Shown here piece after piece: positions 15,598 through 28,706 of a stretch of 64,000 nucleotides of DNA. Within the stretch, counting starts at the first letter, position 1. Each line of letters begins with the position of its first letter. Source of the DNA: Hyphochytrium catenoides (taxonomy: Eukaryota; Protista; Hyphochytriomycota); assembly GCA_900088475.1 (NCBI GenBank), contig FLMG01002136.1:1-64000 (forward strand), given 5' to 3'. A model generated the notes under the pieces. The model did no database searches and had not been told where the DNA came from. It worked only from the letters and a program-made list of their open reading frames with translations. A program made the position numbers and the translations under genes.

Positions 15598-18030
15598 ATG
15601 GCGCTTCGAGGACGAATCCGGTCTGTCCTGACGATGGTCTGGATATGCGCCAATTCTGCCGTCATTCAAACATACCAGTTCCTTCTCTATCTACTCGTGA
15701 AGCCCATCAGTCGCACAACTTACAGAAAGTTAATGAGGTCAGAGGTTGCCTGGTGATAATCATGAAACGTCCAACGCCTAACCTTGGAACTTCAACACAG
15801 CGATTTCTTGCAGAGCGCGTGGGTGCACATGGTCAATATTGCCCTGCCCAAGACTCCTTTGCACTTCAGGTATGTGGAGCGAAGAGCGGGGAGAGAGAGA
15901 TCCTCAGCGATGTGAATGAGGAATACCCGCGCCATAATAGACGCAAATATTGGTGGCAACAATGCTTACCTGAGGCAACATTACGCAGTGGTCGACTTCC
16001 AAGTGAGACTTCTTCCGTCAAGATCTTCATATCGAACCATCAGGCAGATGCTGACTGGTGGCTCCTCTGGCAAGGTAAGCCCTGGACAGGTGAAAGGAGC
16101 CTCATATGAAGAGAAGAGGTCTTGAAGCCATCTACAATGTACGCTAATCGCTGGGCAGTTGCTATGGCCCAGGGCAAGGAAGGTTACCTTAAAATCATCC
16201 TGAAAAATAGTCTTAAGAAGGTCCCTCTCTTCGGCTGGGGAATGTACCTCTTCGAATTCCTCTTTCTGAAACGCAACTGGGTGGCAGACAAAGGCAGAAT
16301 CTATGGTAAGAGCGGCAAAACTGTCCCTAGTAGATCCCTCCCTCGGTCCGTGATCTTTTGTTCACATTCCGCTCACGAAAGCCTTACCGGTGACGTTTGT
16401 GTACCAAATTCCTCACGTGGCTTCTCGTTCTCCGTGGCTGCAGGCAAAATGCATTCTTTCGCGGAGGACAAGTACCCAGGATGGGTCGTTCTCTTCCCTG
16501 AGGGCACAACAGTCCACCAGGAGGCCCTAGATAAGGGGAATAATTTTGCTGAAAAGTAGGTGCCGTCAACGTTGCCTAGTCTACTGGGTAGCGGACACCT
16601 CTTTTGTTCTAGCCTTGCACGGCGACTTTTCACCTGGGACTTATAATCTCTCAACTATCCTTTATGTCTTTGCTTGTCATCCAGCCAAGCTGATCCTTTT
16701 ACCTTTGCAGGAACTCCCGCCCTACGTTCGAGCATCTTCTATTGCCGCGCACAACAGGCTTTACCGCTATTCTTGACGCACTAAAGGACTGTAAACCGGA
16801 GATCTACGACACCACTATGGCCTTTACGGGCTACACAGGAGAGGTGCGCTCTCTCGCATTGTTGGCAGAGCTGTTATTTGGGTCCTAGAGAACCCGTAGT
16901 GTAGAACCGCAGCGTTCAGAAAGGGCGATAGGGATCTTTAGTTGAGCGCATTTATACTGGGAGGCCATCAGGACGGGATGACAATGCTCACCTTGGTATA
17001 TCATCCCCGACGTTACAGATCCCAACATGGAACATGGGCTATGGGAGAAAGGTTGACAAGAACATTCCTTCATTAGCCAAGCTGTTTAGTGGAAAGGTAA
17101 GCAGCCTCGGAAGGAAGGAGGAACTGCACAGAAGCTGGTAGCTCAGATCACTAACACCTTCTTCACAACTGTAGAGTGAGGGCGAGTGGTATCTACATTT
17201 GGAGAAATTCACTCTAGACGAGATCGAAGATCCCGCGAAGTGGCTAGATGCAAGGTGGCAGGAAAAGGAGCGAATGCTTCGCCATTTTGCAGAGCACCAG
17301 GTGAGGAAACGCCAAATCTAGAATTGCGATAGTGTGACTCCTAAAGGCCATGATAATCACTGGGTTGAGCACTGAAGACTAGTTTTATCACGCACAATAA
17401 GGAAGTTTTCTACTAGACTTGAGGGATAGTCAGTCCATGAGCGCAAGAGTTTGTGGGTCCCTCAAAGCCTTTGCCACTAAATCAAGCATTTTTGTTTGAC
17501 TAGTCATGGCCAGAAGATAAATTCGTAGGGAAGGCAATGCCTCCAAGAATACTGGAGGTGCCGGTAAGGGCATGTCCGAGAACATCCATGCTCGCTTGCT
17601 GGGCAAGTGACTAACCTCTTTATTCTACAGTCGGGCTGGCCTAAGCTACTTAGGCTCTGGGGATTTCACATCATCAACACATTGCTCTTTCCCGTTCTTT
17701 TCCTACTCTTCTGGCCAAGTAAGTTACAAACTTCTCTCTTTCCTATGGTACTAAGTTCTGCTCCGACATATTGTAGTTCATGTCCTTCCTTGTCTGTTAA
17801 TGGGAATATGCGGCGTTTCGTCCTCGTGGGTCCTTCTTTCCTGAAAACCGGTCTCTACCCCGATCCTGGCTAACACTGCACTTGAAGCTTTCATTTGCGT
17901 CCTTATCTTCGCCTTCGTGGACCGAGTGCTAACGAAGGTAGACATCACCAACGGTGCCTGGCCTTACCTGAAGGGGCTAGTCAGTGGGAGAATGCAGTGG
18001 TGGCCGCGGGAAGAAGACGAGGAAGAATAG
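15598..18030 (+). CDS. Lysophospholipid acyltransferase (PlsC family; LPAAT/LCLAT1-like), multi-exon
   Basis: Motif I ISNHQADADW, LKIILKNSLKKVPLFGWGMYLFEFLFLKRNW, VLFPEGT, HLLLPRTTG, IYDTTMAF, WLDARWQEKE and a C-terminal hydrophobic segment. The last exon is uncertain (stop near 17844 or 18030). Confidence 0.88.
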
Positions 18031-18257
18031 AACTAAGTTGGACAGCAGGAAGAAATATGGAGATGAACAGGACCAGAAAAGAACAATAAGGAATAATAGA
18101 TGGAGTCGATAGAGTTTTACGCACGTAGTTGGATTGGACGCCCACCATACAAAGATTTATACCCTCCGTGCTCTATTGCTCCCCGTCTGCTTACTCTTTG
18201 CACGCGTTCTCTTTTGTGAATGTTCTGTCGGGGACCCATTCCGCAGCTAGATTGGAC

Positions 18258-20080
18258 TAGACGCTAAGCTGCACCCGCTCCAGCACTTCTTCCACTGCGC
18301 GGGATAATCAATTGAGGTTAGGAGTAGAGGGCAATTAGCGTGAAGGCTGTTGAGAAGGTCCGACAGTGCAGCAAAATAGAACATGTCAGGAAGAAGGGAA
18401 GAGGACGACAGCAAGGCAGTAGCTGCTACGACAAGGTCTCTCGCACACAGGTAGCATCGCCGTCAATTCAACTTACTACCAGTAGCAAGTAGAAAAGCGG
18501 GAACCCCAGGCAACACTCAAGGGTAGACCTAGAGCCAAACTCTTACGGTCTAGACTCACCGCGAGAAATAGATACCGCACCATACTCGCCCCTCGATGGC
18601 CATGCAGTCGCCACAATTCCTGCTTTATCACCGAGCGAGAACCGTATTCGCGAGACGAGTTCGTGCTTGCGGACCAACCTGTGCAGAGATTATCTGCCTT
18701 AGACTTCCTAACGTTAGCGTATACACCCAGATAGGAAGAAGAGAAAAGCCCAGAGTCACATGAAGGTGCCCTATGAAGTTGGACGCACGTCGGGTATTTG
18801 AAAGAAAGAAGGGGAGTGAATGCGTGATAATTTTCTGAAGTGACGCGGGGGAGTAGGGGGGTGATGCAAACGACGCAATGAGGCCGGTAAGGTAATGACG
18901 GAGAGGTCAAGCCGTACTCTCTAGCAAACATGCGGCAGATCTCTTGAATAAATTCTGCATAGTCAGAGGGGGATAGCGACTTGCCAGCCCTTCCTCCTAA
19001 CGCCAATGCGTCCATAGTTTCTGCCTATGAGAGGTAATTAGCGGAGCACCACAAGGAGTCTAAGAGAAAGGTGAAAGGGAGACTGAAACCGAACTGCCAG
19101 ATATGGTAAGTTCCACTATAAGAATAGGAAGGAGCTGCTTTGGCGAGAAAGTCTTGAAAACATGTACCAAGGACATGTACAAAAGGCAAGAGTTAGGCAA
19201 GATGTAACAGTCAGTTCACGAGGACCTCAGTCCGTAGCAACGAGAATGTCTCATCCAGCACCGCAAACATAGCTTTCACGCACTCTTCCAACTGCTGTCT
19301 GCCAGGGAAGAGCATGAGAGACTGGACAAGAAGGGTTGTAGCGAACAAGCATATGGACTTTGGTCACACTTATGACGGAAGCAGAAGGAAATGTTAGGCT
19401 GTTTGAAGAGGTGCAAAGCGCAATAGTTCAAGCACAACGGATTGGCATAAAGGCAGCAACCCGGGCGGACGCACGGCCACTTCGGGAATCTTGTACGGCG
19501 AGACGCTGCATAAGAAAATAGGTTTTCCAGAGCCATCTAAGGAGTCATCAGTATCGATAGTAGAAGTAAGAGATTGAACGCTACGAAACTGAAGGACAGA
19601 ACGGCAAGAGAGCCGACCCGGAGGCCTACATGATGGCATTCAGATATCCCATAAGCTTCTCTGCTTCCGCCAGATGCTTCTTTAGCAACAAGGAGGAGAT
19701 TTCCTTGCAATTCTTTAGTAGTCCGATATCCACGCCCACTGTCCCACCTTTTGACTCTGCGACCAAGGAGACTCGCGGGAGAAGGTTAGAGAGCGATGAC
19801 AAGACGGTGCTTCCTTGCTGCTCATACGCTTCGAAGCTCTTGATCTGCGAAAGGAGGGGGAAAATTGAGGCCTTGGCACGACCAAAGAGAAGGATAGTAG
19901 TACCTCAGCTTCCACGGAAGAGAACAGTTTCAGATACTTTTTATGAGAGACAAGGGAACGCTTCTTATCGCTTCCAGGAGTGGGAGGTAGACCCTTCTCT
20001 CCCCGTCCACGAATTGTTGGGGTCCGATTCCTCTGCTCTGTTTGGAGTGTAGACCGTCGGTCGGGCGTCTTGTGGCTCAT
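18258..20080 (-). CDS. Hypothetical multi-exon protein
   Basis: Minus-strand ORF pieces at 19715-20080, 19394-19639 and 18476-19015 are bounded by plausible GT/AG sites. No recognisable domain. Confidence 0.45.
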
Positions 20081-20750
20081 AGCTTTCAGTACTTTGCGTA
20101 TAAGTCTTCGCCTTGAGCTCCCTTAGCCCTTGCTTTCTAGTTCAAAATCCGTCAATAAGAATTTGCCAGGCCCTATCTTGAGAGGTGCGGGCCTTCATGA
20201 CACCGCAGATGACACTCACTCTCATGCTCACTCCAGCTTGGCGGAGATGAGCTCAGAGTTGCATTGAGGAGGGAACTGGGGCGCCGATGAGCTTGGCTGA
20301 GCGCCTGGAAAGCTTGACTATCGAGCGATGAGAACAGCCCCCGATTGCCTGTTAGTGACATTTCGGGTAATCCGGGTTAAGGGGTTATGGATTCTGGGTT
20401 CTGATTGCCGCCCGTAACCCAGTGATTCATGAAGGATGACAGATTATGGGTGGCTAGGGTTTCCCAAGCTGACAAAATATGGGTTGATGGTGGTTGGATC
20501 CATGAGCATTGGAGGCGCTGATGATTCTGAGAGAGAGGCAGGAGCTTTGTGTTCCCGATAGCGCTGTCCTCCTCAGCGCCATCACCACCCTGTGCAGCTA
20601 GAGCATTCTCATTCCTCTTCTAGAAGCAGCATTGACCAAGCAAAGGTTGGGGTGACGTGACAAGAGTTTGCGTTTGAAGTGCCAGGAAGAACTCTCCTTT
20701 GTCGCAGTTCTGCTACGTCGCCAAGTCTCGACAAGAGAGAGCCTTGAGAA

Positions 20751-23700
20751 GATGGATGAGCAGCTCTCAAGGCAGGTTCGACCCATCTATGATGCCATTG
20801 ACAGCCATAACTACAAGTCTGCCATCAAGCTCTGCAGTACGAAGAAGCTGCAGCACCATGACCTAGTGAAGGTGAGATGATTGGCCCTGGTACTGTCCCT
20901 AAGAGTAACTTACCTTCGGCTGATGCTCTCGGACACCATATCTCTGGCGGCTTCCTCTCAATCCCCAAGGTCCTGAAAGCCCATTGCTTAGAGCGAACTG
21001 GCCGTCCGGAGGAGGCGCTAGACCTTTGTCGGGAAGTTGAGGTATCCGCCCTAGCTTATAGTAGATTTGCCTCTTGATAGCCTGCTTTATTACATGCTTA
21101 TTGTTTGTTTGCCTGAAGAACAACAAGCCTACAGATGAGGCTGTTATCAGCACTCTCTGCCTCGTGTACAAGTGGATTGGCAACCGACAAAAGATAGTCA
21201 AGGTTTATGAAAATGCTACCGCAGCTCAGCCATGTGAGTCAGAGATCGCACACCCACTTACTCCCATCCGACCATTATCACTCTTACTGACGCTTGCTCT
21301 ACGTCATTGCCCTATGGGTTTGGTCTTCGCATCATAGCTGATGAGGAGCTTTGGAAGGGGTAAGCACGAAGCTACTCGATGTCTTTTCCTCTTTTGCTCG
21401 TTCATGCAAGGCTACCTTATACCCCCAACGTATCCGTCTCCCGATGCTTCATCAAGCTTACTATCCATAACACTGTCATCTAAAGATGCCATTCGCTGTC
21501 TACTTCTTCATTTTATCTGAAGGTCTGTGTAGACGCGCTTCTCACTTAGTCTTCTCTTTCCCCTGCCGTATTCACAGCCTCTTTTATGCATATGTTCGAG
21601 AGTATAATTTTCTGAAGGCCCAACAGACAGCCATGAAGCTCTTCAAAACATTCGCGCGGCCACGGTACATGTACTGGTCCGGCCTCATGGCATACCTGCA
21701 GGTCTCTTCAGGAGCTGCGCCTCCCCTTTCCCTCAGCGTCATCGCATTTCGTCCATCCTTATACGCACCATCACATATCTTCCAAGGAACTATTGCCATC
21801 CAACTCGTCGTAGCGGCCTCGATCCGTCTTGGCCTTTCTCTTAGCTCCCTTATAACTCTTAACATCTGGCGTGATCTTTTTAATTGCCTTCTCAGTGGCC
21901 TCGGTCCTCATTCTTCTTTGACTCCAGGTCAGAAATGGAGCCCCCGTCATGATGCTCCAGCTAGCAGAAAGGATGATGACGAAGGTCCTTAAAGAGGATG
22001 AGAAGCGCAGGTAAGTTCGTGGCTAGCGATACTTCTTGATCTCTATCCCTTATCCTGGCTTTGGCGGTAAGTATGCGTATTGCCTCGACCTGAATGACTC
22101 CGCCCAAGCTACAGCTTTCTACAGCTAATCTCTGGACTATCAGTTCACTGGTCTCTGGTGCTAAATCGTAATCTTCTTTATGGCATTCAGCGCCGAGGCT
22201 GTCATCCTTTTGATAGAGATTCTTTGTGAAAGTGTAAGTGAGTTGTGAAGATTACCTAGCTATGTCTCAGAGTTTCCTGATCTAACTTGTACACCATAGG
22301 GGAAGTTCACAGAGTCATACGACACCTTCAAGACCTTTATTGATGACGTCTCTGGTGACAATGAAGCGGAAAGTGAGCAATTTTGGGTTTTGAATTTTGT
22401 TCCGGGCAACCATTGGCGTGTATTGTCTAACCGAGATTGTTCAAATAAAAGGGAGAAAGCCAAGAGCAGAAGAAGGACTGAGAGTTCCGGAAGAGCTCGT
22501 GGAGCAAGGGCCAATGCAGGTATAAGATCATACGACACCATTTTCATGTCTCTTTTTTTCGCCCTTCTAACCATTGCTCACGGTTTCTAACCAGCCTGAA
22601 CTAGAGCAATCCTTCTTCCTTCATTTCACTCTTGTCTGTACGATTGTGTGGTCTCCTCCCTTATTTGATGTGTCATACGTTGATAGTCTCGGGACAGAGA
22701 GCTTTTGGAGGCTCGTCTGCTTGCTGCAATCGAGCGTTGGCCTACGTGCCATCAACATTACAGAAAGTTGCTAGAAAAGCACGATGCCGACGACTGGTCA
22801 TTTTACTGCGGGTAAGTGCTTCACCATAAAGGAGAGTCACAAGAGGAATCTATCCGGTCCGAAGCTAAGAAAAGGCGTCCTGAGAGGAATAAAGATCCAT
22901 TTTGGTATAGCACAGTTCTATCGTTAGGTGTAGGTGGGGACATCCGAGAAGGGCATACAGAGACGGTTGAGAATGCGTGTGCGGTAACTGCGAGCAACTA
23001 ATTGATTATGTCCGCACAGACTTTGTGACTCGATGTCTGCAGCGGAGGGTGAGGTCTCCGTTGAGGAAGTAGAACGGTTTATTTTCAAGCTCCAAGAACG
23101 GGAAGATGACAACAACGGAGGCAAAAAGCGGGGCCCATTTTTGGCGCACATCGAGCTCCAACATAGATTAATGAGAGGAGACATGGGCCAGGTTAAATTT
23201 AAAGGACCTCCTTTGACTGTTCCCTTTCAGGCCGGTAACAATCGTGCTTGCTTTTGCGTTCAGAGGCTTGATGGACAGCAGGCAGAGGAAGAGTTGCTGA
23301 GCAGGATCGTGCGCTATATCCAGCTATTCGGTGATAAGCAATGCTGCTTCACTGATATTGAGGTATCTTTCTCTAAGAACTTGTTAATGTTTTGCAATGC
23401 TTCCTGCGGTATGTCCTCTCTCCTATCGGGCTGTGGTAACAAAATCTGCCCCTATGGAGCTCACACTGCTTACCTATATTCTGTGTCCTTCAGAGTTACC
23501 TCTATTGGTTCCTGCATAGCGCGGAGTCTTCGGCTGCAATTCCCTCCAATGAAGCAGACTTCTGCCCTGCTAAGGCAGCTGAGCGCTGCAAATCTGCTCT
23601 TAAGGATAGGACGTCTTGGATTCAGACTATGGGTGGTACGGATGAGATCTATTCGCCTTTTTGGCTTCCTTGGGTGGCGTTAGCTGGAACCTAAAAGCCT

Positions 23701-26700
23701 TCTTCTACGATGTTGCCAGTTCCGTACAGGGTAGGGTCTTCCGTTAGGCAAGCGTTTGCTAGCATTGTGAGAGCTATGTCCGCGGATAACTCTACGTTGG
23801 ACCCGACCGCGGATATTCCTGCGGGAAAGAAGCAACTTCGCCGCTACATCCTCTCTCACCAGGTAATAAAAACGTACAAACTAAGTGAGTCCTCGGGAAC
23901 CGCAAGAGCTGTTCAGAATTATGACAAGGAGTACCCGAGGGAAGGTTATATCCGATCACGACAGCCAACTGGACATGGGGTGCCTTAGACAAGATGATAG
24001 AGAGGTGTTGGAGAGGAAGGCAATACAGGTTTCACTGCTGGTTAGGGAGAAGAGTACGAGGAAAAGCCAGAACTTTTTATCCTTGACGTGCAAAGGCTAA
24101 TCAGTCAACCAGTACTTTGGCGATAAGTCACTTTTACAGAGATAATGATGGCTAACCGTCCTGCCAGATTCTCCGCTTCATAGGTGAACAGAGAGTTGAC
24201 GCTTTAGGAGAAGAAGGGACTCGGGCTTTGGTTAACCAGCTCTTGAACGAATATGAAAGGTTACCACCAAGGTGCTTGTCCTTTTATTAAAGCAATGAAC
24301 TAAAACCTCTGCTGTCTTTACTTGCCCGCTTTCTGAAGAACCCTACCTCTCAATGCAGAGGTCATTGGCGGACAACGGGAGGTAGGGATAAGGGCTCTTC
24401 GCGTTCGCATCATGTCTTTTGTTCCACCAAATTGACTCCTTTATTCACCCTCTGTTAGGTCCAGGCGGGAGACGATCTTATCCTACTAATAGCCCATAGC
24501 CTCCGGGACCTATACAACCACCGGGCAGAAAGTAAGAAGTTTAGCTCTCATGCCTGAATGACGAATCCCAGCCTTTATGGCACTTTCTCCGGTCTTCCAT
24601 CTCTGGTGTTCTTGTTTCGTTCTCTCTTTAACATTTGTCTACCTGCACGCCATAATCTCGCCATGCATCTTAAAGGGGCTCTGTGTCACTCTTTTGTCTA
24701 CCTACCACAAATCTTCATCTTACACTGCTTAATCATGGCAACTTGCCGGCGCCCCAACTCTACCTCATAGACAATACTGGAAGCTTATTTGGTCGACGGC
24801 AACTTCTTCTAGAAGCAGTATTTGCCCTCGAGTTTGCTCTGGAGCGGAGCCCATTTAACTTCCAGATGAAGCTGCTCCTTATTGACGTAATACTGATGAA
24901 GCGTCCTGAGAATTTTTACTAGTCATGTGCTTAACTACGATATCGAGTGGCACCTGTTCAATCTTCATAGAGGCTCACCCGCGGTGGCCCACATTCTACT
25001 CGTTGAAAGCTGGCTCGGCATAGAGCTTCTCAAGTCACCCTTTACGTCTATTTTCTTCTGTGCTACTTTCGAATGGCAAGGATTGGAGGTTAGCCCTTAT
25101 GTGGAAGGACTCACTCTTTCTCTTTGGTTTGCCTATACCTCCAGCTGTACTGCCTTCTGGGGTCATTTCCCCGCGCGTCTGCGAAGTACGCTGAGTTGGA
25201 GATCAAACAGATCCAATTGGACTCCCTATCTTACATAGTATTCGACCAAGCTATCAGACTTGGACATTTTGTGGAGGCTAACCAGGTGCGTGAGACCTAG
25301 GTCGTATCTTAGCTAACTTGCTTGCTCTTGCGCCATTAGTTGTCTTTATCAAGTGAGCCGGCAGCTCTCTGTTCATCGTTCTTTGACAGTACTCTGCTGT
25401 TCTCTTCCATGTCTACTATGCTGGCGTCTTTTATGCTTCAGCTCTGTTTAGACATCCGGCACATGCACAATGGCAACAGCAGAGACGTCGGAGACTTTAT
25501 AAGCCTAGCTTTCCGGTGTGGAACTTTATCCAAGGCCAAAGAGGTACCGAGAAGGGATTATTTTAGACCTGATGTTCTATGAGAGGGGCGTGTGGATGTG
25601 GCGGAAGATGTGTCGACACCTGCCGGACGTGGTATTCAGGGTATTGAATATTCTGTCAGGAGAACCATTACCTCTTGGCGTTACATCATAGGGTTTTGGG
25701 TGATCTTTCCTCACTCTTCGACAATTGGTGCTTTAGCAGTGTTTGGGTGGCCCCTGAGCTGCCTTAAGGCGCATCCTTCGCTAATTTCCGCGCTCAAGTT
25801 ATTAATTGGTTGCCTCTCCAAAGTTTTTCCCAACTCATCGGTGGTCCCTGGTAGGTGGTGGAATTCACTCAAAAGCGCATGGAGCTATCATTGCAGCTCG
25901 CAATAGCTCGTGGGGAGTTGGTCCAATTGGCACTGCTGGATAGAGGGAGTAGGGGAATTGATGAGGTGCATCGCTACCTCACAGGGATCTTTTTGACAGG
26001 TACCCTTCTGTCATTTTCATTAATATCGCTCTTTATAATTCTTTCGGGCTACTGACAAGGAGGAGTTGGGTCGCTCGGAATGTTCTCTTTGCTAGTTCGT
26101 ACTTATGTAAATGTCCGGGTCACTGATAGTTGTGCCTCGGTTACCCACGTTACTCATCCTTATGTTTAACTGAACAGATCTAATAGTCCCATGCTAATGC
26201 ACAACCTTGTCCCTTGTTGATAGGAGAATCGTCGGATCTTCTCTTGTATACTGAGGACACCCTAGCTCGCCTGTCTGCCAACTATGACCGCAACGTGAGA
26301 GTGTCCTGGTCCTATCCCTTTTCTTCCTCAGACCCTACCGGCTTCCTTTGTATGAAGGATGGGGGACCAATAGTAAGTTCAACCCTATGGAATTGCCAAG
26401 GCCTTCCCCCGGCTTTCATCTGACGCTTCACTGACTCCAACCCACACCACTGAATCTTACCCTTTTTCCTCTTCTTGCGCCGAACTAAACAGGTCAATCA
26501 TGACCGCACAGTGGACCGAGAGATGGCCCTCAACTGGATCAGGCTGCGGGTAAATGTTCCCCAACTGTTGCTTTGGGTACTGGAGAAGAATACCGTAAGA
26601 TCACCCTGTTTCGACCTCCTGATTTCTTGCTCACACATCATTCTTCTAACTTCCAATTCATGATTGTCCTATCCTTCTGTAGCGCCAAGTATCGTCTCGC

Positions 26701-28375
26701 CTGGCACAATTGGAAGACGAACTGACACGACTGGGTCTATTGGATAGAGGTAGCGCTGAGCATGAAGAAGGGCTGATTCGAAGCCAATGCTGGGAGATTG
26801 GGCTGCACGCTTTCAAGGCAGCTGAACAGGCGTTGCATGTGAGGGGCCTTCTCGTCAAATAACTGTTGCCTCGGTACTTATAGCCGTCATGATATCCTTT
26901 ACTGTCCCTTGAGTGGGAAATCTCCATCCTTGTTTTCATTCCGCTCCAAAACTGTCGGCTGTCCTTACCTGCGAAGTTCAGGGTGCTTCGGCCTCCTTCT
27001 AAAACTACGTCATTGCTACTGCAGGCCGCAGAAGGCTCCAAGGAACAATGGCCCAACTTTTCAGCATCTCTGGTATGGAGAATTTGTCACGCGGTCTCGA
27101 TTACGCCTCTCATACGGGGTCAAGACTAATCCTATACCTAACCGCAACCTACCTTCCTGGCCTCTTCTTGATAACGTTGTCCCAGGCTTCTATTGGAAGG
27201 GGAATGGATAGTTTAAGAACATATATCACTTCTAGTCTTCACTTTGAGGCTACAATGTCAGAAGAAGTAAGTGCGCACCTCGAGATGAACATCTTTGTAG
27301 CTTAGAGAACACCATTCAATACCGAGATTATTTCGTTCTTTCCGCAACGAGGACCTCTTCCTCGCACGAAGACACCTGTTTCTCTCTTATTCTGGGCCTC
27401 GGTTCTACAACTCTGAGCGCTNNNNNNNNNNNNNNNNNNNNNNNNNNNNNNNNNNNNNNNNNNNNNNNTCACCTTTTACGTTGGAGCTCCTTAGCTGTTT
27501 CCTTTATCAGCCGGGACAGTGGCTGGTTCTGTGCCTGTCGGCTATCGCCAAACTTTTCCCAAAACAGAAGAGAAAAGAGAAAAAGAAAGGTGCCCTGCCG
27601 AACGAAGATCCTATTCTGGTACGTCGCAGCTAGACCTCAGCACACAGTTCTGTTCTACGTTTGTGGCAGATTAGAAACCTCTGTACTTGCACTCTTAGTA
27701 GTCTCCCGAGCTGCTCGCATAAGTTCACTCATGCAATCTCTTTGTACCCTGTTGTTCCGTCTTGGGTGCCTCAACATGGGTCCGCTGGGCCCTTGTCGAA
27801 CTCAACGTACAGACGGCTATGGGTGAATTTCGCGACTCAGTAGGGAGGCTCATTCAGTCCCTGTCGGAGGTGCAAAAAACCTTGGAGAAGGAGACAGAAC
27901 ATGCCAGCAAAATTACGGACACTTTAGGAGGCTATGCTTCGGAAGAAGCCCTATTGGAGAAGTTCGCCAGTGAAGTAAGAAGACATCTTTTACTCTTTGA
28001 TGGTTGTTACTGGCTTTCTTAGAGTTACGTTCGAGGACCATCTGCCTTGTGGCTGAAGCAGCCTGCTTACAGATTGTGTTGGTACTGTACTCCTAGGAAG
28101 TGGTATTTATCTTCCATTGCTACCATTCGTTGGAAACGAGCTCTACTTCTCCCGCCGTTCATCTCTTAAGCTTATCTCCAAGAGCTATCACTCTTTCAAC
28201 CTCCCACTATCGCATACCCTTGCCTGTCCTTAACTCGGTTTTGATGGCACCACAGGAAAGTCGTGGATTCCGGCACACTGTCTTCGGTCACGTGAGAGAA
28301 GGACAGCATACATCCTTGCAGCGGTGTCACAGCCTTTTAACTGACAAGCTGAACCTTCTCAAAGCTTTACGGTAG
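20751..28375 (+). CDS. NAA25: N-terminal acetyltransferase B auxiliary subunit (NAA25/MDM20), TPR-like, many exons
   Basis: MDEQLSRQVRPIYDAIDSHNYKSAIKLC, VLKAHCLERTG, DEELWKGLFYAYVREYNFLKAQQTAMKLFK, KKRGPFLAHIEL, YIQLFGDKQCCFTDI, LEFALERSPFNFQMKLLLI, YAELEIKQIQLDSLSY. Contains an N-gap at 27422-27468. Confidence 0.92.
27422..27468. other. Assembly gap (N run)
   Basis: Run of N. Confidence 1.
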
Positions 28376-28706
28376 GAGTAGCTGCCTCAAGAGTGAGGCA
28401 GACATCGTCCAGCACTGACTATGGATATAAGAGCTTAGAGATATAGCATTATACAGTGGACCGATCAGGTCCCGAGGGTCGAGCATGGTAGGAAGTCGAA
28501 TCGAAACCGTTATGACTCTATATTTGGCATAATTTATCAGTCTAACCCTATAAAGCCTTTGGGTCTCTACCATCCCCTCGCTTTGCTTTTCCTACGTTTA
28601 CTTTCCTGTGCGTATGCCCCTTCTCCTTCCCGACTCACTCAGGTACCCCTAATTTAAAGAACCCTATATTGCAGCTTTAGATGTGAATAGCTAGAGATAT
28701 CAAGGT

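Noticed and set aside
20452-20462. ctagggttt, resembling a telo-box or telomeric repeat upstream of NAA25
   Set aside because: Single copy; expected by chance in 64 kb.
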